In this document: piece after piece, positions 27,945-37,267 of the stretch
How positions within the stretch are numbered: position 1 is the first letter of the stretch
Layout of the letters: each line of letters starts with the position of its first letter
DNA from: Minisyncoccota bacterium
GTDB lineage: Bacteria; Patescibacteriota; Minisyncoccia; Moranbacterales; UBA2206
Length of the DNA stretch: 64,000 nucleotides
Reading direction: 5' to 3'
NCBI GenBank assembly: GCA_031291955.1
Contig: JARLIA010000013.1
Coordinates: 21,512-85,511, forward strand
The notes under the pieces: model-generated
The model's database searches: none
Seen by the model: only the letters and a program-made list of their open reading frames with translations
What the model was told of the DNA's origin: nothing
Made by a program: the position numbers and the translations under genes

Positions 27945-28490
27945 ATGGAGTTTATTGAAACAAAATTCAAGGATGCTTGGCTGATTGAGCCGAAAGTTTT
28001 TCAAGACGAGCGGGGATTTTTTCTGGAACCGTATTCGAAGCGAAAATTTTTGGAGGCTGAAATTGAAGCGGATTTTGTCCAGGATAACCATTCGCTTTCG
28101 ACCAAGACCGGCGTTTTGCGCGGGCTGCATTTCCAAAATCCGCCACATACCCAGGCTAAATTGGTAAGAGTAACAAAAGGCAAGGTTTACGATGTCATTG
28201 TTGATTTGCGGAAAAATTCGGAGACTTATGGGAAGTGGCAGGGTTTTAAACTGTCGAATGAGAATTTTCAGATGCTCTTCGTACCGCGCGGCTTTGCCCA
28301 CGGTTTTCTGACGCTGGAAGACAACACCGAGTTCGAATACAAGTGCGACAATTTCTATGAACCGAGCGCGGAGTCGGGAATAATCTGGAACGATCCTGAT
28401 TTGAATATCAACTGGCCGATCGAAAATCCGGTTCTTTCCGAAAAAGACGCTCAGTTGGGATTTTTAAAGAATTTAAAATCACCTTTTTAG
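27945..28490 (+). CDS. rmlC: dTDP-4-dehydrorhamnose 3,5-epimerase
   Basis: 181 aa; cupin motifs FVQDNHS...RGLHFQ...KLVRV..G.V.DV.VDLR...FVP.GFAHGF are typical of RmlC. Confidence 0.9.
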   Translation: MEFIETKFKDAWLIEPKVFQDERGFFLEPYSKRKFLEAEIEADFVQDNHSLSTKTGVLRGLHFQNPPHTQAKLVRVTKGKVYDVIVDLRKNSETYGKWQGFKLSNENFQMLFVPRGFAHGFLTLEDNTEFEYKCDNFYEPSAESGIIWNDPDLNINWPIENPVLSEKDAQLGFLKNLKSPF

Positions 28491-28492
28491 TT

Positions 28493-29506
28493 ATGAAAAT
28501 TTTAGTCACCGGCGGAGCCGGGTTTATCGGTTCCAATTTTATTCATTACATGTTCGAAAAATACTCGAATTACCAAATCGTGAATTTGGACAAATTAACC
28601 TACGCCGGCAATTTGGAAAATTTGAAGGACGTCGAAGAAAATCCGAATTATAAATTTGTGCGTGGCGATATCGCCGATCCGGAATTGGTGAATAATTTAA
28701 TCGAAGAAGAAAAACCGGACGCGATCGTCAATTTCGCGGCCGAGTCGCATGTGGATCGATCGATCCTGGAACCGGACGCTTTCATCAATACGAACGTTGT
28801 TGGTACGCACAATCTCTTGAAGGCGGCGTTCGGAAATGGCAAGATCCGTTTCCATCATGTTTCCACTGATGAAGTTTTTGGCTCACTCGGTCCGAATGAC
28901 CCGGCTTTTAATGAAAGTACTCCATATGATCCCCACAGTCCCTACAGCGCTTCCAAAGCCGCTTCTGACCATTTGGTGCGGGCCTATTTCCACACTTTCA
29001 ATTTGCCGGTCACTATTTCCAACTGTTCCAACAATTATGGTCCGTACATGTTTCCGGAGAAATTATTCCCACTGTTTATCACTAATTTAATCGAAGGCAA
29101 GAAAGTACCGCTTTACGGCGACGGCCGGAATGTCCGCGATTGGCTGCACGTTCGTGACCATTGCCGAGCCATTGCTTTGATCATTCACAAAGGAAAAATC
29201 GGCGAAACGTACTGCGTCGGCGGCGCTTGCGAAAAAACCAACAAAGAAATAACTTATAAAATTTTGGAGTTGATGGGGAAAGGCGAAGAGATGATTGAGA
29301 AAGTGGCCGACCGACTCGGACATGATCGGCGCTACGCCATTGATTTTAGAAAGATCAAAATTGAATTGGGCTGGGAACCGGAAACAATTTTCGAGGATGG
29401 TCTCAAGAATATGATCGAATGGTACAAAAACAACGAAATTTGGTGGCGGAAAATAAAATCGGGAGAATATCAGGAATATTACGAAAAAAATTACGCCCGG
29501 CGATAA
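28493..29506 (+). CDS. rmlB: dTDP-glucose 4,6-dehydratase
   Basis: MKILVTGGAGFIGSNF Rossmann N-terminus and the YSASKAASDH catalytic YxxxK motif. Confidence 0.9.
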   Translation: MKILVTGGAGFIGSNFIHYMFEKYSNYQIVNLDKLTYAGNLENLKDVEENPNYKFVRGDIADPELVNNLIEEEKPDAIVNFAAESHVDRSILEPDAFINTNVVGTHNLLKAAFGNGKIRFHHVSTDEVFGSLGPNDPAFNESTPYDPHSPYSASKAASDHLVRAYFHTFNLPVTISNCSNNYGPYMFPEKLFPLFITNLIEGKKVPLYGDGRNVRDWLHVRDHCRAIALIIHKGKIGETYCVGGACEKTNKEITYKILELMGKGEEMIEKVADRLGHDRRYAIDFRKIKIELGWEPETIFEDGLKNMIEWYKNNEIWWRKIKSGEYQEYYEKNYARR

Positions 29507-29523
29507 AATGTTAAATTAATTAT

Positions 29524-30339
29524 ATGACGACCAAATCAAAAATGAAGGGAATAATTTTGTCCGGCGGGACGGCGACGCGCCTTTTTCCGTTGACAGCAAC
29601 CACTTCCAAACAACTTCTTCCGGTTTATGACCGGCAGATGATTTTTTATCCATTGAACACTTTGATCAAGGCCGGGATAAAAGACATTCTGATCATCGTG
29701 GCGCCGGAGCACAGCGGGCAATATTTGAACCTTCTGGGATCTATTTTCAAAAATTGCGGCATCCATCTCTATTTTGAAGTGCAAAAATTGCCGCGCGGAC
29801 TGGCGGAAGCTTTCATTCTTGGCGAAAGCTTCATTGGCCACGACAATGTCGCGATGATTCTAGGAGACAATATTTTCGAAGACAATTTGGAAGATGAGAT
29901 TAAAAATTTTTCCGGCGGTGGAACGGTTTTTGCCAAAGCCGTCCCGGATCCGGAAAGATTTGGGGTAGTGGAAATCAACAATGATGGCAAAGCGGTTTCC
30001 ATTGAGGAAAAGCCGCAAAATCCTAAAAGTAATTTTGCCGTGACGGGTGCCTACATCTACGATCATCGGGTGGTGGAAATTGCCAAAAGCCTTGAACCTT
30101 CGGAAAGAGGCGAAGTGGAAATTACTGATGTCAATAACCGTTATTTGTCTATGGGCGAGCTGTCGGTCAAAAAAATTGACGGAGCGTGGCTCGACGCCGG
30201 GACTTTTGATTCGCTACTGGAAGCCAACCAAGTCGTCAAAGAAAAAGGCATCAGCCGGAATTTCGATCCGGCAGTGGAGAAGGCGATTGTTGACTTCAAC
30301 GAAGAACTCAAAATGTTGGCCAAAAAAAGATTGCTTTAA
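29524..30339 (+). CDS. rmlA: glucose-1-phosphate thymidylyltransferase
   Basis: MKGIILSGGTATRLFPLT...SKQLLPVYD..MIFYPL is close to the RmlA N-terminus (GGSGTRLYPIT...SKQLLPIYDKPMIYYPL). At 271 aa it is slightly short. Confidence 0.8.
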   Translation: MTTKSKMKGIILSGGTATRLFPLTATTSKQLLPVYDRQMIFYPLNTLIKAGIKDILIIVAPEHSGQYLNLLGSIFKNCGIHLYFEVQKLPRGLAEAFILGESFIGHDNVAMILGDNIFEDNLEDEIKNFSGGGTVFAKAVPDPERFGVVEINNDGKAVSIEEKPQNPKSNFAVTGAYIYDHRVVEIAKSLEPSERGEVEITDVNNRYLSMGELSVKKIDGAWLDAGTFDSLLEANQVVKEKGISRNFDPAVEKAIVDFNEELKMLAKKRLL

Positions 30340-30351
30340 ATTTATTTTCAA

Positions 30352-31203
30352 ATGGACGGAAAAAAAGCCAAAGTTACGATAATAATTCTCCACTACAAAA
30401 AGACGGATCGGACGATTGAAAACGTCAATTATTTGTTGCGGCAAAAAACTGATTTCGGCTTGAAAATTGTTCTGGTGGATAATTCCGGAAACGAAAAAAA
30501 CCGCCAGCGTCTAGTTGAAAACTTCGGTCAATGCGAAAATATAGAAATCCTTGTTAATTCCCAAAATCTTGGATACACCCGGGGGAGTAATGCTGCCAAG
30601 GGCCATGAAGAAGGGGATTATATATTTTCGGTAAGCGACGATGTCCTGTTCAAGGAAGAAGACTCAATGCAAAAGATCGCGGACTATATGGATTCTCATC
30701 CGGATATCGCGATTCTCGGGCCGGAACAGATCAATGATGATGGAACTGTCACTATGTCAGTACGAGCTTTTCCCAAGCTATATTTGCAGGTATCCAGAAG
30801 AACGATTTTTCGGAATCTGCCTGTCCTGCGGGACAAAATCGCGCATGACGAAATGCGCCATTTGGATTATTCCAAAATTCAGGATGTTGATTGGCTTCAA
30901 TCTTCTTGCTATATAGTCCGGCGGGATTTTTGGGAGCGGATCGGCGGATATAACGAATATTATTTTTTGTTCATGGCGGACACTGAGATGTGCTTTCGCG
31001 CTTGGGAAATGGGTTATCGAGTAGTATATTTTCCCGAAACTAAGGTGTATCAGGACGGCCTTCGCGTCAGCCGCGGCGGATTTTTTGATTTTTTTCGGAG
31101 CTGGGCCATGCGTCAGCACGTTCTGGATTCTTTGAAATACCGGCTGAAACATTTCGGGAAAGGCAATCCGCGGGAGAAATATTATAAGTCAAAAACATAT
31201 TAG
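30352..31203 (+). CDS. family-2 glycosyltransferase (rhamnosyltransferase WbbL-like)
   Basis: TIIILHYKK...VLVDNSGNE GT2 N-terminal block; soluble, 283 aa. Confidence 0.65.
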   Translation: MDGKKAKVTIIILHYKKTDRTIENVNYLLRQKTDFGLKIVLVDNSGNEKNRQRLVENFGQCENIEILVNSQNLGYTRGSNAAKGHEEGDYIFSVSDDVLFKEEDSMQKIADYMDSHPDIAILGPEQINDDGTVTMSVRAFPKLYLQVSRRTIFRNLPVLRDKIAHDEMRHLDYSKIQDVDWLQSSCYIVRRDFWERIGGYNEYYFLFMADTEMCFRAWEMGYRVVYFPETKVYQDGLRVSRGGFFDFFRSWAMRQHVLDSLKYRLKHFGKGNPREKYYKSKTY

Positions 31204-31220
31204 CATGTTAACATATTAGC

Positions 31221-31270
31221 ATTTTAGCAATTCTTGTCGTGTTTTGCTAAAATGTTAAAATGCTAAAATG
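31221..31270. promoter_or_regulatory. intergenic inverted repeat ATTTTAGCAA-13 bp-TTGCTAAAAT plus tandem TGCTAAAATG extended -10-like elements
   Basis: The hexamer TTAGCA/TGCTAA appears five times across 31200..31270. A perfect 10-bp inverted repeat lies at 31221..31230 / 31244..31253, and TGCTAAAATG is duplicated at 31245 and 31261. All sit just upstream of ATG 31276. Confidence 0.4.
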
Positions 31271-31275
31271 TTAAT

Positions 31276-32463
31276 ATGACGAATGTGAACGGACTGCGGC
31301 AAAAAATTGAAAAAGCGTCATCGATGCTGAGGCAAAATGGTATTATTGGCGGCGGGAAAATAGTTTCCGGTTATTTGAAAACATATTCGAAGGCTTTTTT
31401 CGTTGGTTCCGGCGATATTTTGTTTGTGACCGGCGGAGTGGGAGATAAGGCTCATTATCGGGCGTTCGGTCCGGCCGAAGAACTCACGCGTCATGGTTTC
31501 AAATGCGCCGTGACGGTGGCGGATAATCCGAATCTCCCCAAATGTGCCGATAAGTTCAAAATATTTATTTTTCATAAAGTAAATTTAAGCAAAAAAGCAG
31601 AACAACTTGTTTGCGAAATCAAAAAACAAAACAAAGAAATTATTTTCGACACCGACGATCTGGATTTTGATCCGCGCTATTTGAAAGACATGGATTATTT
31701 TTCCCGGATCGGTCCGGCTGAGCGGGAAGAGTTTGAAAAAGGCATCGGTTCTTGGCTACTTTATGATTCGTATGTTAAAACTTGCACGACCACAGTTTCC
31801 TATTTGGCGAATAAACTGAAAGAAAAAGACAAAAGAGTAATTATCGTGCCGAATAAATTGTCCGACAAAGAACTTGAGCTGGCCGATAAAATCATCGAAA
31901 AAAATAAATCAGAAGACGAATTTATACGATTGGGATATTATTCCGGCACGCTTTCCCATAATAAGGATTTTGCCACGATCACGGACGCGCTTATTTCCAT
32001 ACTGGAAAAATATGAAAAAGTGAAATTGATTTTGGCCGGTCCATTGGACACGGAAGACGAGCTGAATAAATTCAGTGACCGGATCGAAATTTTGCCGCGT
32101 GTGCCACGGGATAAATATTATGAAAATTTATACAAGTGCGACATTAACTTAGTACCCTTGGAATTTGGTAATCCGTTCTGTGAATCCCGCTCGGAAATAA
32201 AGTTTATTGAAGCTGGAATATTAAAAATTCCGACGGTAGCAGTCAAAAACCGAACCTATTCCGAAGCGATTGCGGATGGCGCCGACGGATTTTTGGCTGC
32301 AAGTACGGAAGAATGGATTGAAAAACTGTCAAAATTAATCGAAGAAGATAATTTTCGGAAATCAATGGGTGAAAAAGCCAGAGAAAAAGTTTTGAAAGAT
32401 TACACGAATAAAAATAGCCATGATCAAGAGTATTACGATTATATAAAAAGCAAAATTCGGTAA
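31276..32463 (+). CDS. putative GT-B fold glycosyltransferase (GT4-like C-terminal domain)
   Basis: C-terminal half (KLILAGP...E...K..EAG..KIPTVAV...DGADGF) resembles the nucleotide-sugar-binding domain of GT1/GT4 enzymes; the N-terminal half is not recognised. Confidence 0.4.
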   Translation: MTNVNGLRQKIEKASSMLRQNGIIGGGKIVSGYLKTYSKAFFVGSGDILFVTGGVGDKAHYRAFGPAEELTRHGFKCAVTVADNPNLPKCADKFKIFIFHKVNLSKKAEQLVCEIKKQNKEIIFDTDDLDFDPRYLKDMDYFSRIGPAEREEFEKGIGSWLLYDSYVKTCTTTVSYLANKLKEKDKRVIIVPNKLSDKELELADKIIEKNKSEDEFIRLGYYSGTLSHNKDFATITDALISILEKYEKVKLILAGPLDTEDELNKFSDRIEILPRVPRDKYYENLYKCDINLVPLEFGNPFCESRSEIKFIEAGILKIPTVAVKNRTYSEAIADGADGFLAASTEEWIEKLSKLIEEDNFRKSMGEKAREKVLKDYTNKNSHDQEYYDYIKSKIR

Positions 32464-32496
32464 GGAGAAAAAAATATATAAAACAAATATCTGTTT

Positions 32497-33294
32497 ATGC
32501 CGGAAACAAAACTGTCCATCATCATTGTCGCCTATAACAGCCATAACCACTTGGAGCGCTGTGTCACGTCTTTATATGAAAAAATAAAGCTGGCAGATCT
32601 CTGGGAAATAATTTTGGTCAACAACGACCCCGAGCGCGACGTCCACGAGCTCGCGGTGGATTTTTCCCGTGTGAAAATTGTCGACCATCGGAAAAACGTC
32701 GGTTTTGGGTCGGGTGTCAACTTAGGTGCCCAAGCGGCGAGTGGAGAGATCCTGTTTTTTCTGAATCCGGACACGGAAGTATTGACCGAAAATGTCGCCG
32801 AGGTAGTGGAGGAATTAGAGGGCAATCAGGATATTGGCATAATCGGCGGACGGATAATTGACTCTGCCGGCCAAAGCCAGCCGTGGAGCGCCGGCCGCGG
32901 GATATCTTTTTATGATCTGGTGCGGAACAATCTGGGCGTGAGTCGGAGTAAATTCATTTGGAGCAGTTCCCGGAAATCCGAATGTGATTGGGTAGCTGGC
33001 ACGGCCTTGTTTATGGCGAAAGAATTGTTCCACGAGCTGGGGGGATTTGATGAGCGATTCTTCATGTATTTTGAGGATATGGATCTTTGCCGGCGAACAA
33101 AACTCAACGGCCGAAAAATTCTGTTTTTTCCTGATTTCAAAGTTTCCCACGATTCCGGCGCCAGCTACGTCGACAAAAAATTGCAAAAAAGACACTACTA
33201 CGACTCGATGGAAAAATATTTCCAGAAGCATTGCAGCCGGGGGAGTTTTCTGGCCGTCAAGACCTCGCGAAAACTTTTGAAAGGCAGAGTCTAA
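32497..33294 (+). CDS. family-2 glycosyltransferase
   Basis: LSIIIVAYNSHNHLERCV ... VNNDPERD ... FFLNPDTEV motifs are typical of GT2 enzymes (WbbL / rhamnosyltransferase-like). Confidence 0.7.
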   Translation: MPETKLSIIIVAYNSHNHLERCVTSLYEKIKLADLWEIILVNNDPERDVHELAVDFSRVKIVDHRKNVGFGSGVNLGAQAASGEILFFLNPDTEVLTENVAEVVEELEGNQDIGIIGGRIIDSAGQSQPWSAGRGISFYDLVRNNLGVSRSKFIWSSSRKSECDWVAGTALFMAKELFHELGGFDERFFMYFEDMDLCRRTKLNGRKILFFPDFKVSHDSGASYVDKKLQKRHYYDSMEKYFQKHCSRGSFLAVKTSRKLLKGRV

Positions 33295-33314
33295 AAATAT
33301 AGTTTAAAATTAAA

Positions 33315-33355
33315 AGCACAAAAAAACCGGAATTTAGCTCCGGTTTTTTTGTGCT
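33315..33355. terminator. bidirectional terminator: perfect 17-bp inverted repeat AGCACAAAAAAACCGGA / TCCGGTTTTTTTGTGCT with a 7-nt loop
   Basis: Lies between the convergent genes 32497..33294 (+) and 33362..34930 (-); A-run and T-run arms give terminators on both strands. Confidence 0.65.
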
Positions 33356-33361
33356 TGTTTT

Positions 33362-34930
33362 TTAACTTCCGCCCAAGCCCACGATGCCTAAAAGATAAGT
33401 TGGTTCGGGGAAGGTGATGGAGTAGAGGCTAGTGGATTGGCCGCTTGTGTCGGTAAAATATATTCGGCTCAAGGAATTGTCGCATATGGCGAAAGGACTG
33501 GTAAGCGTGGTGCTGAAAAGATCCAGGCAATTCCGATGATCCCGCGAATCCAGTTCGATGATTTTGGCATATTGACCATCGCTGAAAATAACGTGCTCGT
33601 AGTCACTGTACCACTGAACGTTGCTGATCGGCTCGGAATAGCGAGTGATATCTTGCCGTTCGTCCTCGCTTCTGGTTGGCTGCACGGTCCAGTCGCGGGT
33701 GAAATAGACCGAAATTTCATAATTGCTCCAGAAGAGCAATTTTTTTCCGTCGTTGGAAAATTGAGCGTCGACGATTCCGGAATCCAGCTGTTTGAAATAA
33801 GTGGCGTGATCGCCCTGGTTGTAAACATAAAGATCGCCGTCTGGCGTGAGAAAGGCGATTCGGGAATTGTCATAAACTGTCAGCCTGGCTATGTCTTGAT
33901 TTCCAAAACCGGGAAACGTGCTGGTGATTTGGTTCGGATTGCCCGAACCGTCCAGATTTTTTTCAAAGACCAGGTTATTAGGCGTCTGGACATAATAGAC
34001 GCCGGATGAGGAAAGATCATAAGCGGAGACGCCGTCAGCGATTTTAGTGATGTCTCCCTGAGTTTGAATGTTGGCCCGGTAAAGGGTTTTGCCGATCAGG
34101 AAAAATAAGCAGCCTTTTTCTTTCGGGTCCCAGCGGACAGCGCGGATATCATTGCTATCCGAATTCAAAGTGTCCGCGTTCAAGAATTGTTTGAGATCGA
34201 AATAGGTGCCGTCTTTGGGGTTGGCGATGGAGTAATCGTAAGTTGTCGTATTTTTTGGGGTTTTGAGAGTCGAAACGGTTGACGGACCGGAAATATTTTG
34301 GTTGTCGGTGCTGTCCGTAGAAACTGTTTTTTTTACCGGGACGGAAATATACGCTTCGTCCGGACCCCACTCGATGTTCTCGTGCCGGTCGTCACCGGCA
34401 AACTGCCAGCCAGGAAGGCTTAAATTGGTCGTTGTCTTTTTGGCGCTGATATTGAAAATCCCGACGCCCAGATTCTGGCTGTTTTCGGTCGTGTAGGCAA
34501 GGAAGTCGTTTTTGGGGGCGATGAAAAACTTTTGAGTTCCGTCGGCGCCCAGCCGGGTTTTAGGATAATTGTTCCGGGCCAGGACCACGTTCCAAAACTC
34601 CGTGGCCAAACCCGAAGATACATCGGCCTCTTTGGTCCAGGTTTGAAAACCCGGAGCGGAGATGGCGATGTTATAGTTTTTCGGAATCAGTCCGCTCAGG
34701 TTGACTGAGTTATTAATCTTGTTTATCTGCTGTGAATCAGTCGGTTTGCCGTCCAGTGTAACGCTGATGTTTTGGGGGTTTGATTTGAATGTGATCGTGC
34801 CGGAATATACAAAAGCGCCCCGGCTGGTGTCGAAACGGTAGCCGGCGGCATTTAGTACTACGAGAGGAATTGTCACCAGGCACAGCAGGGTCAATATCCA
34901 AAAAAAGACGGTTCTTCTCCATTTTTTCAT
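33362..34930 (-). CDS. secreted/membrane-anchored beta-propeller (TolB-like) protein with an N-terminal PEGA-like domain
   Basis: The likely start MKKWRRTVFFWILTLL carries a signal/TM. A PEGA-like stretch (TITFKSNPQNISVTLDG...YNIAISAPGFQTW) is followed by repeated beta-strand-rich segments. Confidence 0.35.
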   Translation of the reverse strand: MKKWRRTVFFWILTLLCLVTIPLVVLNAAGYRFDTSRGAFVYSGTITFKSNPQNISVTLDGKPTDSQQINKINNSVNLSGLIPKNYNIAISAPGFQTWTKEADVSSGLATEFWNVVLARNNYPKTRLGADGTQKFFIAPKNDFLAYTTENSQNLGVGIFNISAKKTTTNLSLPGWQFAGDDRHENIEWGPDEAYISVPVKKTVSTDSTDNQNISGPSTVSTLKTPKNTTTYDYSIANPKDGTYFDLKQFLNADTLNSDSNDIRAVRWDPKEKGCLFFLIGKTLYRANIQTQGDITKIADGVSAYDLSSSGVYYVQTPNNLVFEKNLDGSGNPNQITSTFPGFGNQDIARLTVYDNSRIAFLTPDGDLYVYNQGDHATYFKQLDSGIVDAQFSNDGKKLLFWSNYEISVYFTRDWTVQPTRSEDERQDITRYSEPISNVQWYSDYEHVIFSDGQYAKIIELDSRDHRNCLDLFSTTLTSPFAICDNSLSRIYFTDTSGQSTSLYSITFPEPTYLLGIVGLGGS

Positions 34931-35095
34931 GGTTACAGTGTAGCTCGGAAATGCTTTTTTGTCCACCCGTCTGAAATAAATAGCAAACCTTGCCATATCG
35001 CTTCCGGGATATTATACTGGAGTTAAGATTGAAATTACTAAAATAACTCTATCCGTCTTGGGCTCGCAGAGCTTAAGATTGGGCAAAATTGGCAC

Positions 35096-35698
35096 ATGTC
35101 TGAAACATTGGAAAATCTGTTCGGCTCTAAAGAGAGGACAAGACTGCTGCGCTTCTTTCTTCAGAATCCGGAGCAGACGTTTGATCTGGCGGAAATTATC
35201 AAGAAAAATATGTTGAACTCCAGTCGGACGCGGAGCGAATTGGCCGGCTTGGTGAAGATAAAATTTGTTCTGAAGAGGGACCGGAGGGGAAAAGTTTTTT
35301 ACGAGCTTAATCCGGAATTTATTTTTTATCCGGAGCTGAGAAATCTTTTTGTGAAAGCCAATGTCTCGCCGCATTGCAAGGGTTTGGCGCGAGTAAGCAA
35401 GATTGGAAACATCAAGCTGGCGGTCGTCTCCGGCGCTTTTATTAATTATGGAAAAAGCAAGGCGGATATGATTCTGGTCGGCGATAATGTTTCCAAGGCC
35501 AAGCTGAAAAACCTGATGAGCGCTTTGGAAGCCGAAATAGGCAAGGAGATAACGTTTGTCCTGATGACGATGGAAGAATTTAAGTATCGGCTCAATATGC
35601 TCGACAAATTTATCCTGGAATTTCTGGAAGGCCCGCACGAAGAGTTGATTGACAAAATTCCGGGACTGAAAAGATTCATCGCGCAGAGAAAATTATAG
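35096..35698 (+). CDS. hypothetical protein (possible N-terminal winged-helix)
   Basis: 200 aa, soluble; no family recognised from sequence. Confidence 0.25.
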   Translation: MSETLENLFGSKERTRLLRFFLQNPEQTFDLAEIIKKNMLNSSRTRSELAGLVKIKFVLKRDRRGKVFYELNPEFIFYPELRNLFVKANVSPHCKGLARVSKIGNIKLAVVSGAFINYGKSKADMILVGDNVSKAKLKNLMSALEAEIGKEITFVLMTMEEFKYRLNMLDKFILEFLEGPHEELIDKIPGLKRFIAQRKL

Positions 35699-35712
35699 CT
35701 TGTAAATGTAGC

Positions 35713-36822
35713 ATGCTTTATATACTTATCATTATCACCATAGTTGCCATAGGATTTTTAGCAATCCTTGTTTTAGACATGAAGAAGAAGATGGGCGGCG
35801 GACAGGAGGATGAGAGGACGGCGGCTATCCTTGAGCGGTTGGCGATTATTTCTGAACAGAATCGAACCTTGTCTGAACAGAACCGGGAATTGAGAAATGC
35901 GGTTGACATCAAATTGGCCGAGACGCACCGGGCTACGCAAGACCAGATCAGCCACACTATGCGGACGATGCAAGGCATCACCGGACAATCGGCCAAGCAG
36001 ATTGCCGACGTGGTGGCGGGGCTGACTAAGTTGGAAGAGACTAATAAGCAGGTCGTCAATTTTTCAGCCCAACTGCAAAACTTGCAGGATATTTTGAAAA
36101 ATCCGAAGCAAAGAGGAGTGCTGGGGGAATATTTTCTGGAAGAAACTTTAAAAAATGTTTTGCCGCCCAACGCTTATCAGATGCAATACGGCTTCAAGGA
36201 TGGAGTGATTGTGGATGCGGTGGTGTTTGTTCAGCAGAAGATCATTCCGATCGATTCCAAATTCAGTCTGGAGAATTACGAAAGGATTCTGGCGTCAAAA
36301 GACAGCGAGGATCGCGAGCGGTGGGAAAGAATATTCAAACAGGATCTCAAAAACCGGATCGACGAGACTTCCAAATATATCAAGCCCTCCGAGGGGACGA
36401 TGGATTTCGCTTTCATGTTCATTCCGTCCGAAGCGATTTATTACGATTTATTGGTCAATAAGGTTGGCGCGGCACAGGTTTCCACGCGCGATCTAATCGA
36501 ATATGCCTTTAAGGACAAGAAAGTGATCATCGTTTCCCCAACGTCTTTTTTGGCCTATCTTCAGACGGTGATGCAGGGCCTGAGAGCTCTCCAGATCGAA
36601 GAAAGTGCCAAGCAGATCCGGACCAACGTGGAAAAATTGGGCCGCCACATAACGACCTTCGATGATTTCATGAAAAAAATCTACAACAGCCTGGGCACCA
36701 CAGTTAATCATTTTAACGCCGCTTACAAAGAATTTGGCAAGATCGATAAAGATGTGGCTAAAATTACCGAGGGTGAGAAAACGATCGAACCGATGGTGCT
36801 GGAAAAACCGAAAGAGGATTAA
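35713..36822 (+). CDS. rmuC: DNA recombination protein RmuC
   Basis: N-terminal TM, coiled coil, and an RmuC core (GVLGEYFLEETL...DGVIVDAVVF...IPIDSKF...DFAFMFIPSEAIY). Confidence 0.7.
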   Translation: MLYILIIITIVAIGFLAILVLDMKKKMGGGQEDERTAAILERLAIISEQNRTLSEQNRELRNAVDIKLAETHRATQDQISHTMRTMQGITGQSAKQIADVVAGLTKLEETNKQVVNFSAQLQNLQDILKNPKQRGVLGEYFLEETLKNVLPPNAYQMQYGFKDGVIVDAVVFVQQKIIPIDSKFSLENYERILASKDSEDRERWERIFKQDLKNRIDETSKYIKPSEGTMDFAFMFIPSEAIYYDLLVNKVGAAQVSTRDLIEYAFKDKKVIIVSPTSFLAYLQTVMQGLRALQIEESAKQIRTNVEKLGRHITTFDDFMKKIYNSLGTTVNHFNAAYKEFGKIDKDVAKITEGEKTIEPMVLEKPKED

Positions 36823-36834
36823 TGTGCATAACGC

Positions 36835-37260
36835 ATGGAGCAGATGACTCAAAAAAGTAATTCGTCGAAAAGCTTGTGGGGAAAAACCAAGCTTTTTTTC
36901 AAAACACGCTTTGCTGGCAATGATTTTTTCCTAAATCATATCGTGTTGTGGCTTCTTTTGTTCGGAATTATCACTAATGCTGCCGACTGGACGATTCTTC
37001 TTGTGTTCATGAATCGCCTTGACGCGGATGTTATTTTGCATTATAATGTTTACTTCGGAGTGGATATGCTGGGAAACTGGAAACTGGCCTTCATGATGCC
37101 GGCCGTCGGGCTGGTTTTGTTTCTGGTTAATGCTTTTTTGGCCGATTATTTCTATCGCAACAAGGAACGAATCGCCAGCTATATTCTGCTATTGGCGGCT
37201 CTCATGGTGCAGTTAAGTTTGATTGTGGCGTCGGCGGCGGTGATTATGATAAATTATTAA
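36835..37260 (+). CDS. small polytopic membrane protein, hypothetical
   Basis: 141 aa with 3-4 TM helices; precedes a membrane GT2 gene. Confidence 0.3.
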   Translation: MEQMTQKSNSSKSLWGKTKLFFKTRFAGNDFFLNHIVLWLLLFGIITNAADWTILLVFMNRLDADVILHYNVYFGVDMLGNWKLAFMMPAVGLVLFLVNAFLADYFYRNKERIASYILLLAALMVQLSLIVASAAVIMINY

Positions 37261-37267
37261 ATTCTGT

